DNA of 54,582 bases, filler included, from Sphacelaria rigidula (GCA_964200075.2; 3 parts of 3 records of this genome joined end to end with filler, not necessarily neighbours in it), one strand, 5' to 3'; numbered from the whole stretch's first letter, positions 36,787-50,121 are shown. Numbers and translations: made by a program. The notes: generated by a model not told the origin, from the letters alone.

Positions 36787-39700
36787 GTCAGTCGCGGGGC
36801 GATGCCTGGAAACTCGGGATCTTTTGAGGATACCGAGGGGGAGTTTATTTGCCCCGTGTATTGTTGCCCTGTCATCTCATCTTTTTCGAGCGCTGTCCCC
36901 ATTTTTCGGTATATGTGAGCGCATCAGCCAGGATCACATAGGAGGAAGGTCAACACGGGAGCTTTTTGGTTCCTTCTTTTTGCAAGTAGCACTCCACCTT
37001 CCCTCTGCGGTGCTTGCCTTTCACTGTATCGCGGGGAGGTTTCAGCCTTCCCTAATTGTCGTCGACCGTGACGTCGAATTTTGTGTACCCACGACGTGAC
37101 TGCTTCCTCATTGTTGAGCATGATGCAAAAAAAAACTCAATATCTCATGGCTTCACCGACACTCAAACCAACGTCCCAACCGTATCTTCCGAGGTTCCAA
37201 ATGGAGTCTCCGTGGCGACCGGCGTGGCCTTAGATGAACGACTGCAGGATGACATGTTGTCTATAGCCTATACCGCACAACTCTCAGTCAGCAAATATTA
37301 TAGCGTGTCCTCTCGCGAGCAGACGGGTGAGGCAGGGGTGTGGGTGAACACCTTATTCGATTTATGGCGGCATGCTCTGGTGTTTGACCAGTTCAGACCC
37401 CTGGGCGACTGGCTGTAACAAATCTACCTTATAGGGGAGGTACCGTGTCGTTGGGCGGTGCTGCAGGTGTGCTGACCTCTGTAGGTGTTGTGTTGTGTGT
37501 CACACCGGGAGACGTGTGATGGGTTGGCCTGCGAGGATGATGGAGTCGTCATGATGAGTCTCGTACACGGCGCTGGTTGTTGTCGGGCTGGATGGCCACT
37601 GTGCCGAGCGGTCGGTCGTATGTCGTCTCGCGTGCTCATGTTGCTGCGTTCCCCGTGTTTCCCAATAAATTCCCAACGAATTCCTAGCATGTGTTTGTAT
37701 TGCTGGCTTCTTTCTTCGTCTCTTCAATGTTTTGCCAGTAAATATTATGGATGTATGTCCTGTGGCCCCGCATGGTGTGTGTAATGGGTGCGTGCTGTTG
37801 TGGTGTGGTCCGATTCGATTCTGTCTACTCCCGCTGTCGCTGCTGCGTCTTGTTTCTCATTTTCTTGTCATGGTCGGCAGGCCAAATGCGGAGTCGAGCT
37901 ACGGGCTGCAAAATGTGGGCAAGATGATGCGGCTGATGCAGGGCTGCAAGAATGTAGGGGCCATCGCTTCGCAAGTGCGAGTGCTGCAGCGGAGCAGAAA
38001 TGCCTTGACGTTGATGCAGAGCTTTGACTGCAGTACCACATACGTGGGAGTGTTCGGGGGTTCCTCGCTGTGCGGACGAAGTATCGCGTGCTTCGGGATG
38101 GCGGTGATGTATCGATACAGGTGAGCTTCCCGGAACATCGAGTGCGCGCATATATATATGTATGCGCACATGCGTCGGTTTGTGCTCGCCCTCCACGAGT
38201 CCTTGCCTTGCGTGGGCGATGCAGCAGTGGTTCATGGTATCACCAAGTACACCATCCTATAGGACCCCACTGCATGTTTCGGTGGTCGATGCTTGGTGCT
38301 TGGTGCGTCGTGAGTGATTATCCTTGTGTCCGTCGCCATGCATGCGTGCTTATTTCAGCTACGTGGGGAGTATATACTCTGTGAAGGTCTCTGCATTGAA
38401 TCTGGAAAGTACACGATAAGAGGGTATGGAATCGTCAGACTCATACCCATGGGGTGTGGTAAAAATATTCATGTGAAGGTGTATTCATGGCGGTAATATG
38501 TTTTTCGTACCGACCAGTTCTGCTTGGGTATGTCAAAGTCGATATAATAGTCGCTGTCTCTCATTGTGCTGCACGTGAAATGCCCGTCCTGTTTTTTTTT
38601 TCCATTGTTTTCTGATTTGTTTCTTGTCGGCTGTGGTACATGCGTATGTATCCTCAGCGCTCTGTTGGAGAGCAAGGTTGAGGGGGTTCCTGCCCCGCTG
38701 GAGGCGTTCTCGCGAACGCCGGGCAAGCACCTGGTAGATCTCGTGAACTTGGATATGAACGAGGACCAGGGGATGACCACGTTCGTCATGCGGGTGAGCC
38801 GAGCGTTACAGGTCGCTGCGCACAGCTGTGTTTCGTTCCGCAGTTCGGGGAACTTCGTTTCGGGTGTATGATCTGCTCGCTGTGGCGTGGACATGGCACA
38901 CGAGTGAGGCGGATAGCAGAAAGTGGCTGGACGCTAACATTGAACTGTACTGTGTTTCCCGCGCGCTTTGGAGGGAATGTGGAATGCAGGCTACACACGA
39001 ATGTGCTCTTTGCTGAGCGTGCCAGTTCCTGATGATGCCTACATTTCAATGCGCCGTTGTGATTCAAATGAGATGTGTACCGTCGGGTTGTGAATGTTGT
39101 CTTCATATCTGGCAGGCTGGGTACGACACAAAAGTTTGTGTGGTGACTCGCTTCTATACCTACGCGCCCGAGACGCTAGCGGAGCTCATGGGACAGAGGC
39201 GACGATGGCAGGTGCGTGCGTCATATCCCAGCGTGTGCTATACTGTGGCGTGTATATTTGCATGTGTTTTTCAAAACAACTGTAGGTCGTTGGCCCCCTA
39301 AGGAACGGAGCGGGCTTTCCCGGTGTGGATTCTATCTGATTTCCCTTGCGTCGAGATCTACACCTCACTCCACCTGCGAAGAAACAATGGGAATGAAACC
39401 CGCGTTCAGTCCCGATAGCATGAGTGGCCAGTAGATATATGTACATGTGTATTGGAAACACGTGAGGGGCCTTCCAGAGTATTTTCGTAGAAGAGCATTA
39501 GCATCGCTTGCTACGACGTATGGGTACTGCGTAACCTAAGCGTCCACCCGTCCCAACCCCGACCTCCCCCGTCCGCGTTTGCCAGGCTGGGTACTTCGTG
39601 GGAATGCCTTCCCAGATCTTCGGTTGGCCGTCGCCGCACCTTCAGGTCAAGAAGTCGCGATGGCTCATGGCGGCGGTCGTGATGACCATGTGGGTCAATG

Positions 39701-42700
39701 CGTTCTTGTTGCCGGGAACGGTCGGCGTGGGGTTGGCACTCATCTTTGGGCAGGTGCGTGCACGGCAGTCAAGGGTTTTCCTGTTCATACCTCCTCTTCA
39801 TCCCTTGTGCCTGCGTTTCCGGGTTTCTGTTTTTTGTATTGTTTGAAACATCATGTCTTTTTGTGCATTTTTTTTTTTTTTTTTTTTTTCGTTTTTCTTT
39901 TTCCCTTTTCCTCCCCCCCTCTTCTCTTTCTCTTTTTTTTTTTTTTTTTTTCTNNNNNNNNNNTGTTTTTGTTTTTTTTTTTTTTTTGGCTGCCCCTACC
40001 CCCCCCCCCCCCCCCCCCCCCCTCTTATCGTCTCTTTCTCTGGACCAGAACCTGGTGTCGAGACATGAGCCCCATCTCCCCGTCGGTATATGCTTTTAAT
40101 TTTGAATTTGGTATTTCCGCGCAAATTGGATCTTGACTGATAATCCCGCCGGCCTTCACTGGGTCCGCTGTCGTCAACCACGTTTCCTCAGCAAGTCATG
40201 TTACGTTCTCAACGACTGAAGACAACATTAGTCGGGAGACATGAATCAAACCAAATTTTACGAAATATTTTGGATGTGATTTCAAATCCCGGAATATTTC
40301 GGGGGTAGGTCGTTCCATATGGACCGACCACGTGGGCGCGGGGCGGCTATTAATCGGAACTGAAAATTCCATGTCTGTACCCGCAAACTTGTTATCCGAA
40401 ATTTCATGTCCTTCTTGCCCGCACACTTGCTATTCGAAATTTCATGTCCGATCCTCTTTTTCTTGTTCTGGCGTGCGGACAGGCGTACGTCCGATTCGGG
40501 TGCACGGGCCCGTGTGGGGTTGGGGGCAGCCTCCCAGTTCTGCTGTCGGAATCCCTGTTCGCGGCTGGTGTCTGGGCATTTTGGATTATTTTCATAGTAA
40601 TGACGATGGACAAAGCCCCTAAGGAGGTAAGCGGGGGGGGGGGCTAGTATTTATGGATGCAGCGCTGCCAGTTTTGTTCATCTGAGTGATCCGTCTTTTC
40701 TCATTTCATTTATTGCTCCCAAGGAGGCCAGGCGGTGGTGGTATCACTCTTAGCATGAGTGGGTGTTCGGCTACTTTTTTTTATTGTTCGTTTTTGTGAT
40801 GCGTTTTTTTTTTTCTATGGGTCTGACAACGTTGCTGCACCAGCTAAAGCTTTCAAGGCTGTAGTAGTCAAGCCCCTTGTGGCGGGAACGGGAACTCCTT
40901 GCTCCCTCATTTTCAATGATTTGTTTTTTTGACTCTTTCCTACTTTTTTCCTGGGTGTCGGCCCCTTGTCATCGTGTCATGAAATAAGCGCAGTTGAAGG
41001 GCCCAAACGCCGAGAGGCCATCGTTTGCCAACCCTTCATGCGGCGAAGATTCGGTATCCCTGTCGTTTTGTTTCCTGACAATGCTCACGCCGTCTCGTCT
41101 TCTACCGTGCGTTTTTAAAATATCTGCTTCTCAATTTTGTGAAAACGCCCAACCTGTTCGCGAGTCTTGCGACGGGAGAGCTGCGCAACTTGTTTCCCAG
41201 ATTTGGATACCTGTTGAGAGCCCGTCATGGCACCCCAAACACGACCTATGAAGTGTGTGGGAGTGCCCCACGGTTGGTGTTGCGATTGGCGGGATATTTC
41301 GGAGAGTTACCCTACATGACACAACCTTGGAATTGTCGCAACGGAAATGTCCTGATTCGTTTCCTGGTGTAGATCTTGAATTTTGGAGCCCCTCGACGAG
41401 AAACATCTGGGGCCAATAATGTCTAAACCCCTACCGCGGCATTACGTGGACGACCTTTCTCCCCCTCTTCCTTCCCTGAGCAATGCCACGGTAGAGATCC
41501 ACGTTTTGCACAAAATCTTGTCTGGTTCAGGGGCTCCTAACGATTCTTGACGTCGAAGAATATGGGTCAGGGCATCCGCGCTTGCGAAAATCATTCGGAA
41601 CATCCGTAGCACATTGTAATAGTAATTCATCCTGGCGTACTCACATATTTCATAAGCCGTGTTTTGGATGAGATGAAGGGCTCCTAATAAGTCCAACCTC
41701 GGAAAAAATATTCCTGCACTCCTACCGTAGCATCACTCTCTCGTGTGTTGCTTCCCCTCGAATCTTTCAATCGGTCATGTGTTTGCGATACAGGTGCGAC
41801 ATCTCTGTCGATTGTTCTTCTTGGCGATGAGCGTCCTGTCGGTGGTGTTGTGCGTAGCTACGGCGTTTGTGTCTGCGGGCGTCCAGGTTTTCCTGATTCT
41901 GTTGGTGGGGCTTAATCTTATCGTCGGGCTTGCGCTCACATACGATTGGCGGGAGTGGCCGCACCGGCTGCAGGAGATCATTCTTTACGTGATCTTTTTA
42001 TGTGAGCTACATACATTTAATGTATAGTTGATGTATAGTTAACTGAACTGTTATTTGGTGGTGGTGGGATATAGTCCGTATGTTGTGTATTGTTTACCCT
42101 AATTTTATTCTTATTTTACTCAATAGCGTAATGTCTCGCCGGTGCATACACAAATCAGTACATTTGCGTCCTGTTTCTCCATACTTTACCCAAGTCAAAA
42201 ATCAACATTCTCGGAACAGTATTTTACACTAGACGCTCGGACTGGAGAGGGAGAAAACTTTCACACGTGTCCGATTATCATTTTTGTTTCTGATCGGACT
42301 GGTGAAAATGATGGTACCACCCATGGGCGTGATATTTTCTTGTTTCATTTATTTCGCTCTCAGTCGGTACCATACATGGCCTCGTGACGACTCCGTACTC
42401 GTAGGTCAAGGGAGTCGGTCCCCTCTCTCCTCCCCCCATTACCGGTTACATGGGGTATCGGCTTATCAAGCGCTGGAAGTGAACATGATGTCGATTCAAC
42501 AGACGAGGTACACATCCCACGGGTGGCGTTCATGGTTGGCTTTTCATATTGCTGGTAGGACTCTTCGATTAAATAGTGCAACAGGCGACTTACGTTTGAC
42601 TGTGCAGGCACATCGCTGTGACTTCATAGCGCTGCGGTGCGGTTCGCTGCGTACATCAACACTGCAGCTTTACACATTCTCGTCTCAGGTAGTAGGGAGG

Positions 42701-44624
42701 TTATCTTTTGTGCGCCTTCAGAGGAACATCTAACGTCCAAGATTTCAAGGCTGTGGCCTGTAGGGTATACGAGCTGAGGTTGGTGTACTTGCAGCGGCAT
42801 GAGGGAGATATTTCAAGGGTCGTGCGAATTGATGATTCGTCTGGAAATTACTCGACTTCAGTGTAATAGATTCGTTCCGTACGAATCAATCCTTGAGCTT
42901 TGTTTTCAGCGTTGCAAGCCAGGTACGCGCAGCCCAGGCACATGGAATGGCGCGAAAATTGTGCGGAGAGCTTTTTGACCAACGGTCAACTTTTTTTCAC
43001 CTCCTTCTCGAGCAATTAAACAGGCCTGAAAAATTGTAGATTTGCTGAGATGCAAACCAACCGGCAATGATGCATCCGAACCGGGAGATATTTCATCGAG
43101 AAATATCCTTCTGAACCATGCTACACTGTTAGGAACAGGGCTCGATACCCCGCCGAAACACATCGGAATGTTCGTACATGGCATGCCAACCAGACATACC
43201 GAGGGTTGGGGGAATCATTGCTGGTTCGAATCACCATTTCTACGATTTTTGAGGCCTGGTTGCTCGAGAGAGGAAGGAGAAAAAATTGACCAGGGGTCAA
43301 CAAAATCTCGACGGAATCAATCTTTGCGCCATTCGACGTGCCTCGGGTGCGCGTGCGTACCTGGGTTGCTTGCACCTGAAAACGAGGCCCTAGGATCTTA
43401 TTCGTACGGTAAGAATCAATCACACAACCAAAATTCAGGAATTTTCCACATCTTCGACAAAATGTATATATACCAACACTTCTGACGGACAAAAATATAC
43501 CGCGTGAAGTAGGGCCCTATTGCAACTGTTGATCATACACTTTGAGTATTGTCCAAAGTGTGTAATTTTCATAACACAAACTTGCAAGATTCCCGTCCGT
43601 ACCAATGTTGCATCTTATGTCCTGTCTCACGCTTTGTACATGTTTCTCACCCACGCTCTCCCCCAACTCCCTTCCTCTACCCCCCGTCACAGACGCTATC
43701 CAGCCGATGATCACTATGTACTCTGTGGCGAACATCGACAGTGCTTTATGGGGCACCCGCTCCATAGGCGACGTCAATGCGACGGCCAAGGTGCTCGACG
43801 CGCCCGAGGCGCCCTCTCTGCCTCGCAGGCGACGCCGCCGACATCGTCGGCGATGGAGCAGGCCGAAGCGGGCGGGGCGGACGCCGGTTTTCCCCGATTG
43901 CTCCACGTCCGACGCCACGCAGTCCACCGCAGGGGGCAGCAGTTTGTGGGAGGAGGAAGGAGAGGGCTCGTCATCTGACGACAGCGATGATGTCGGAGAA
44001 ACGGAGTACTATGCTTACTTCAATCGGCAGTTCCAGGAGCGGTGTCAGCAGGTGGAGGGCTCGTGTAGTACGTTAGCCGACGGGAAGGGTCCCCGGGGTG
44101 GTCATCAAGCGGAACGGGCGGGCCCCGCATGGGGGTGGGATGGCGGGACAAGGAACCCTCAAGTGGCGGGGGAGGCGCGGTTAGCGCGGCCTCGAGAGAG
44201 GCGGTGGTGTTGCTGCAGGTTTAGGCTGACGCTGCGGGCGAGGAAGCTGATGGTGTTGACCGCGTGGGTGCTGCTCAACATGGTGGTAACGGCCGTCTTC
44301 TTGCTGTGGCATTTGCATCTTGTTGTGGTGTTGAACTTTTTCAGTAATTTCGCGGGGCTTGTGACGATTGTGGTGGCCGCCAGGGTGGAGGCGCATAAAC
44401 AGCGGCGGGTGACAGCACCGTCGTTACCACGGGGGAAGTTGGGGGACGGCTGCCATGATGCCGGAGTTGGGAAGGGGCGCGAGGGTACGGGGGGTTCGGG
44501 GACGGGCGCGACGAGCAGCGCTAATAGCGGGGCGTTATGGTATGGGTGGGCGCCGCTGAGCGCCATGTCCACCTCGGTTGTGACCTGGGATGGTTCTGAG
44601 GATGGAGTGTCGAGGGCTGTATGA
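36551..44624 (+). CDS. Chitin-synthase-like processive GT2 glycosyltransferase, 5'-partial, 8 exons: 36551-36786, 37881-38120, 38658-38793, 39116-39211, 39586-39753, 40483-40626, 41794-42001, 43693-44624 (2160 nt, 719 aa)
   Basis: All junctions are GT-AG and phase-compatible (2,2,0,0,0,0,1). Motifs in CHS order: VK...NSKRRS, LDGDT, VGAIAS, MQSFDC, MYR, NEDQGMT, TYAPET...QRRRW, TM helices, YSVANIDSALWGTR. Confidence 0.9.
36895..37135 (-). mobile_element. Second copy of the SINE-like body, inside a CHS intron
   Basis: Shares TTTCGGTATATGTG, CTCCACCTTCC(C/T)TCTGC(G/A)GTGCTTGCCTTT and TCGAATTTT..GTACCC with the reverse complement of 35060-35310. Confidence 0.65.
37881..38120 (+). CDS. CHS-like exon 2
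   Basis: cag|G CCA ... TAC AG|gtgagc; VGAIAS, MQSFDC, AVMYR. Confidence 0.85.
38658..38793 (+). CDS. CHS-like exon 3 (catalytic-base motif EDQ)
   Basis: cag|C GCT ... CGG|gtgagc; LDMNEDQGMTTFVMR. Confidence 0.85.
39116..39211 (+). CDS. CHS-like exon 4 (QRRRW)
   Basis: cag|GCT ... CAG|gtgcgt; TYAPETLAELMGQRRRWQ. Confidence 0.9.
39586..39753 (+). CDS. CHS-like exon 5 (transmembrane)
   Basis: cag|GCT ... CAG|gtgcgt; 168 nt, hydrophobic. Confidence 0.85.
40483..40626 (+). CDS. CHS-like exon 6 (transmembrane)
   Basis: cag|GCG ... GAG|gtaagc; 144 nt, hydrophobic. Confidence 0.8.
41794..42001 (+). CDS. CHS-like exon 7 (transmembrane)
   Basis: cag|GTG ... T|gtgagc; two to three hydrophobic helices. 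Confidence 0.8.
42820..43470. mobile_element. Foldback/MITE-like element in the last CHS intron
   Basis: Long diverged inverted arms (e.g. CCGTACGAAT...GTTTTCAG...CCAGGTACG...AGGCCT versus their complements at 43240-43415). Ends approximate. Confidence 0.7.
43693..44624 (+). CDS. CHS-like terminal exon (WGTR motif, low-complexity tail, extra TM hairpin)
   Basis: cag|AC GCT; YSVANIDSALWGTR; stop TGA ending 44624. Confidence 0.85.
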
Positions 44625-47600
44625 CTGCAGGGGGGAGGGAGGGGGGAGGGAGGGGGTGGAGTGTGACTATAAAAGGGTGAGAAGCAGCTGACGATGAGAT
44701 CGGATGTAGATGAGGGTGCGGCAGTCGAATGGCCTGAGCAGGTTCCGCGAGTGGAGTGGTTCGTGATGACTCGTGGCGAGCTTTCGGTTCGTTTTTCCTG
44801 GCGCTTTTGGTTGGGATATTTTTTTGCCGGAAGAAAGTTAGAGAGATACGGGAGCATTGTCGGAAGAGGTTTTGTGTGTTTTTGTGTGTTTGGGCGCGCT
44901 CAGCATTTTTAGAGTGGGCTGGGTGAGGCTTCGGGAGTATTTTTACCCGCGCACATCCACATGTATGATGTCGTGTTCCGCAGGTCGCGCATGGTCACTG
45001 TCGGGTGTTTCTCGAGACCCGCGGTCGAAAGGGACATGTTTTACGCGAGCGAACCCCCGCTCAAGACCGATTATGCGCTGTTTTTTTGCGCTGTTGGGAA
45101 CAAGTGTTGTCCTCTCTCCCCCGCTCTCGATCGATGAGAGATGGGAGAAGGAGGGAGAGATGGATTGCATTTAGTTTCCATGTATGTACGGGCAGCGACA
45201 GCCACGACTGCTTCAAAAACGTTTATTGCGTGTTTTCTGTCGTCAGTGTTGTTTTGACGAATTTTCGAACCCGAGGTGTTTTCTTGTTGCCTTCTTTGAT
45301 ACGGGTTTTGGTCCGGATTTACCGCGTCCCCTCTCTCCCCTCCTTTTTTTTTGAGGTCAGTCGGTCTTACGGTTGCGTGGTTTGTCTTATTTTTCTTCAT
45401 GACACAATTTTTTTTTTCCCCTCTTCCGCCCGATGCACACGCAATACGTGGTCATTGATGGCTTAAGAAGAGGAACACACACACACACAGGTGTACATTT
45501 TTCATATGCACGGGTGGTATCTAATTTTGATCAGAGAGCACCGCTCACGTATTGTGTACGTACGATACCAATGTTTTTCTAGAATTTTGGGGCGAAGTGC
45601 TGTTCCGGAAGAGTTCCTCCTTTCCGTCCCGCTGTCCCCGACAAATAAATGCCGAACTTTCCTCCATCACCATGTGTTGTCCTTTTGGAAACTATTAAAA
45701 CGTCATCGCATGTGCGTGTGTAGTAGTTACGAGTATTAATGAGCTAGCTCGAGGCCCTTGGGGCCTCTTGCCCCCTCCTGGGTCTTTCTTTTTCGTGTTC
45801 TGCCGCCCGCTCCGCTCCACGCGTGCTTCCCCCGNNNNNNNNNNTTTTGAAAAAATTAAAAAGTCAGCGCGTGTGGGGTTTGTGGAATTAAGCGTATTAA
45901 TGGGCTTGCCCGAGGGCCCCCCCCCCCCCCCCCCCCTTAAGGGTTTTGTCGTCAGCACGCGAAGAAAAAAAAAGTCGAATTTTTACAGCCATGTCGCTTG
46001 CGAAGTGCTCCTTCGTCATAACTATGGTGTTTCAGTATGGCAGCAGTGTCTCGGCCGTAGACAGCTTTTATTTTTTTGTTTCCCCCCTTCGAGTCGTGTG
46101 CTCCTTGCGCCCTCCTTCCGCAACATGGAGGGTATATCCTTTTTGCGTCGCTTTCTCTTGTCGCCCCCCTCTCCCCCCTCCCCCCTCGTGTCGTCGCTTT
46201 TCCGTGGTTTGTCAATGAGCAAAATAGTATCGTGCTGTGTTAGTGAAGGTGGGGCAATCGGAGTAATGACAAGGCAGCGGGAAATTCTCCCCTCCCCCCT
46301 ACCGGCTCAGCCGTCTTTGAAAGTCTGCATGACGGGGTGCTGTTCCTGCCTCCTTTCGATAGTAATTTTTGTGCCGTGTTCACGTGTGGTTTGTGGTGAT
46401 TGTTGGTTGCATATTTTCTGGTGAATAGAAGGAGTATACTGCGTGTGGGTGACTGAGGAGTGAAACGTGTCAGTGTCGGTGTTTTGTGCGTCTGTTTCCT
46501 TGTTTCGTGATCATATTTTGACGATGATGGGCTCTCTCTGCGGGCGTGGGTATATCTATGACCAGTTATGTATGATGGCGGGTCGATTTTCGTCATGACT
46601 GGAGCGAATTTGGGCGGCTTTGAAGCGGCAGGGGGTCGATATTTCATCGAGTTTTCACACTGCACACTATTGGAGGCTTCGCGGGAATCATCGCAAGTGT
46701 GTGTCAGTTGGAGTGGCGGTAATACGTGAGTTCCCGAACCGGTTCTTGGATTGGTCCCCGGTTCCGGGCCGGGTTCGTGGTGTGCTGTTCCGTTGTTCCC
46801 TCGGTGAAGGTTTGCGAGTTGACTGCCGCACTCGTTGACATGCGAGTTTGTGGTGAGGGAAAGTGAGGCAAATGGTGGACCGGTCCGGGCTGGGCCGGGC
46901 GATGTTACTCTTTAGATTTGCGTGTCTGACTTTTGTGGCGTTTTTTGTATTTTTTTTCCTGCATGTCTGGCCGGTCAGTCCCGTTTGTGTTTCATTATGT
47001 CACATGAATTCCCGGATTATGGTGGGTGCTTCGTGTTCCGGGTTTGGGCGGGGGGGCGGGAGGATCGGCTGCTGTGTGATTTGTGTCTTTTTTTTTTTTT
47101 CGTCGTCATCGCCCTCTGCGGTGGGGGAAGCAAAGGAGTCTGTATAGTAGAAGCGGTATGAACGAGGAGGCTTTTGGATCTTTTTGACGATTTGGGGAGA
47201 GTTTACGGGCGCCCCCCTTTTTTTTTCACGAAGGAACGGAGGGAATCATGAATGCCGTGCGTGATTGCTTCCTTCGGTTTGAATCATGACAGCAAGATTA
47301 TTTCGTGCGGGAAAAATTCCGCCTTCTTTCCAGTATCATCGGTGAAATGCGATGGTTTTTCGGCGCGGGGGAACTATGTGCTTTATTTTATTTTATTTTT
47401 GTGGGTCTCGCTATTGGTTCGCTTCTTGTGCCGATGGAGAGAGGGCGGGCAAGAGAAATGCGGAACTGGGCTCTCTGAGCTGAGGACTTCATTGCACGCT
47501 GTCTCTGTAGAATAGGAATGTGTATGTATAAAACAATCATATCGATATACCAAGCGTTGGTATGCGCAGGATAGGCATGACTCAGCAGTCATCATGACGT

Positions 47601-49394
47601 GACGGTGATGACCTCATAGCTCGTTTTTTTTCTTTTCTGTCACACACCGCGCATGCATGCAAAATATTTGGTGGTGGTATATTCATACATATATACGTTT
47701 TTTTTTCGCTGCCGGTGGTATTCTTTTTTCCTTGTTTTTATTATTTTATTTTATGTTTATCTTGTTTTTTTGCCCTTGTGCATCACCCGCCCCCCTCTCC
47801 GCTCAAGTCGCACTAGAATGGACTCAGAGGACGTAGCTAGTAACGTGCGGGCATTTCGTTGACCGCTCCCTAACTACTGTTGGGTGGGAAAGGCCACGCT
47901 ACTCCGCTCGAATTTTCCCTGGAGAAAAGTGTCGAGATGGCGAGCTGTGGCGCGGGTCTTGGGGGGAAGATTTCAGATCCCAGGGCATGTCTCGAGCACG
48001 CGGGTAAACGAAGTTTGTAGATGCATGGATTTGCAGAGGGCAAGCGTAACCTTTTATTAGTCAGGGGTAGGGGTAGATTGTCGTTGTCCCCCCCCCTCCC
48101 CCCCTTTTTTTGGTGATGAAATGGCACACAATGTGCCATCCTTCATTTTGTTGTTTTTTTCGCATTATTCACCTGTTTATGCTTTGAATGTTGTCCGGTG
48201 TGTGTACACCACACATGTACAGTATGTGGCGTGAGGTTCTGTTTTCCTTGTACACCTGGAGCCCGAAGAAAGTGTTCTCCTTTATCCCTGGAGATTTTCA
48301 TCCTCCCCACTCGTCCCTTCCTTCTCCGAAGTAGCTAGGTGCTTGGCTGCTTGCTGCTAGTGTGGTGAGGGAGTAGAGTGCCACTTGTATTTGGCATTAC
48401 CGCTCATGCTGTTTCCTGATCACGAGCATTTCCAAACAGGAGTAGTGGTAGTAGTGCGTATAGTTGTCCACCCTCCAGGATCAACTGAGTGCCGTCGTTG
48501 CCCCAAGGTTCCTCTGTTGAAATATCTTCGAATGGCCGCCTTGTGTTGCGTGCCTTGGGTTGTGATACTCCAGTTTGTCCTTCGCATCATGGATCATGTA
48601 CTCTGTATATGTCAGAGCTGTTGCATCGTTGTCGTTGTCATCCTTGTGATTGCTTGATTGGTTTGTTGCTCCGGCTCGGTTTTCTGGTCCATTACATGCA
48701 CATGTGTGCTATGCCCTGTGAAGCGGGAGCAGCAAGCGGGTCATGGGGTTCAGTCTCTTCGTTCATCGAAGGAGCTAACGTTTTGGCTTGCAACCATTTG
48801 TTGTGTAGTCGGTGTGGTGGTCGTGTTGAACTGTGGTCCTTACGTTGTGCGGTTACCGTTCTCTGAAGTGTTTTGGGGAACGTGAGTCAAGCAATAGACT
48901 CCTCTCGTGCGTTTCGCCTGTAGTGATTGTACCGATACTGTAGTGCCACTTTCTCCGTCTTCATGTATACATATTCCACGAAGTATCTCTTCCTGTGTCT
49001 GACGTAGTTGGTGGGAGTTCTGTTGCGGCGTATATTGCGTTCATTGGGTTTATTGAGCTTATTTGTAAATTGATTCATGATCGCTGGAGCATGGAATGGA
49101 TTGATACCTTTGTACGAATCAATGGGGGTACAACTTGTTACTGTTACTATTGCTGCTGCTGCCGCTGCTGCTGCTTCAACTTCACGTGGAGCGCGGTGGT
49201 GGGTTGATACGCGTGAGCCTTTTGGAAGATGACCGTTTGTTGTGCTGTGTTGAGTGCTTGTTGTGTGTGTCCCTTGTTGGGTAGGCCGGTCCGGCGGAAT
49301 TAGAGAAAGTGTTGCCGCCATCAGCAATGAGTGAAGGAATGGACACGGGATTCTTAAAAACGGGAATATATGTCTCGGTGCTGTTCGGAGTCGC

Positions 49395-49649
49395 GGGAAA
49401 CGATACCCCACGAAGGCAGCTCCTAGGGGAATCGTTTTTGTTCCTTTCGATGATATTCGGATATCGAGGGGAGTGGTGTCTTCGGAAGGCACATCCGAGG
49501 GTATCGGAGTTCCAAGAAACCTTTCGGGAGGGAGGGGGGGGGTGTTCTAGTTTCCCCGAAGGTGCCTTGTAGGGGTACCATTGGAACATGATCGAAACAG
49601 TCACCATCAACGGTTCCGTCGAAGGTGCTTTCGTTGGGTATCGTTTCCC
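49395..49649. mobile_element. MITE-like element with about 25-bp TIRs
   Basis: GGGAAACGATACCCCACGAAGGCA versus reverse complement of TGCTTTCGTTGGGTATCGTTTCCC. TSD unclear. Confidence 0.65.
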
Positions 49650-50121
49650 ACAATTACAAATCAAACCATGGACAAAAAGATCGCCCCCATGAAAAATTCA
49701 CCTTACATCTCTTTTTGGTGATGAATTAATTGAGTTGAACCGAGAAGCAATCCGGGAGGGAATATCTGATGCTGTAAACTTCTCCATCGTGTACGAGATA
49801 CTAGACTACAAAATGCGCCGAGATAAGTCCCGGCTGATAAGGTTCAAGGTATGAGGTGCAGGTAGCTCTCTTATGGGAGCGTTTAGATTTTTATTTTGCA
49901 ATATATACATTTTTTTTCTTTGCCGTAGTTGTGTATTTTGTGCCCGTTCACGATGATGACAAAGAAAACAAAATCCTCTGAAATTGTTGCAAAATAAAAT
50001 TTCAAACGCTTCCAAATGAGTTGGCCTGTAGGTACGAACAGCTGGAGGTTACCGCCGAACGTGAGAAAATTGACCGTGCGTGCAGATGAGGACCAGATGT
50101 CACATTTGTGAACACTGTCAA

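Noticed and set aside
35128-37099. Conserved protein LHLPSAVLAF shared by two ORFs
   Set aside because: Explained by a dispersed SINE-like DNA repeat. The second copy lies in a CHS intron and the frames contain stops and indels.
36787-37880. Additional CHS exons (e.g. 37056-37418, 37485-37617)
   Set aside because: Exon 36551-36786 joins 37881 in phase with the expected DGD-to-VGA spacing, and the intervening ORFs have no GT2 motifs.
44625-50100. Many short overlapping ORFs downstream of the CHS-like gene
   Set aside because: Low-complexity, homopolymer-rich sequence with no recognisable domains; probably 3' UTR or intergenic.
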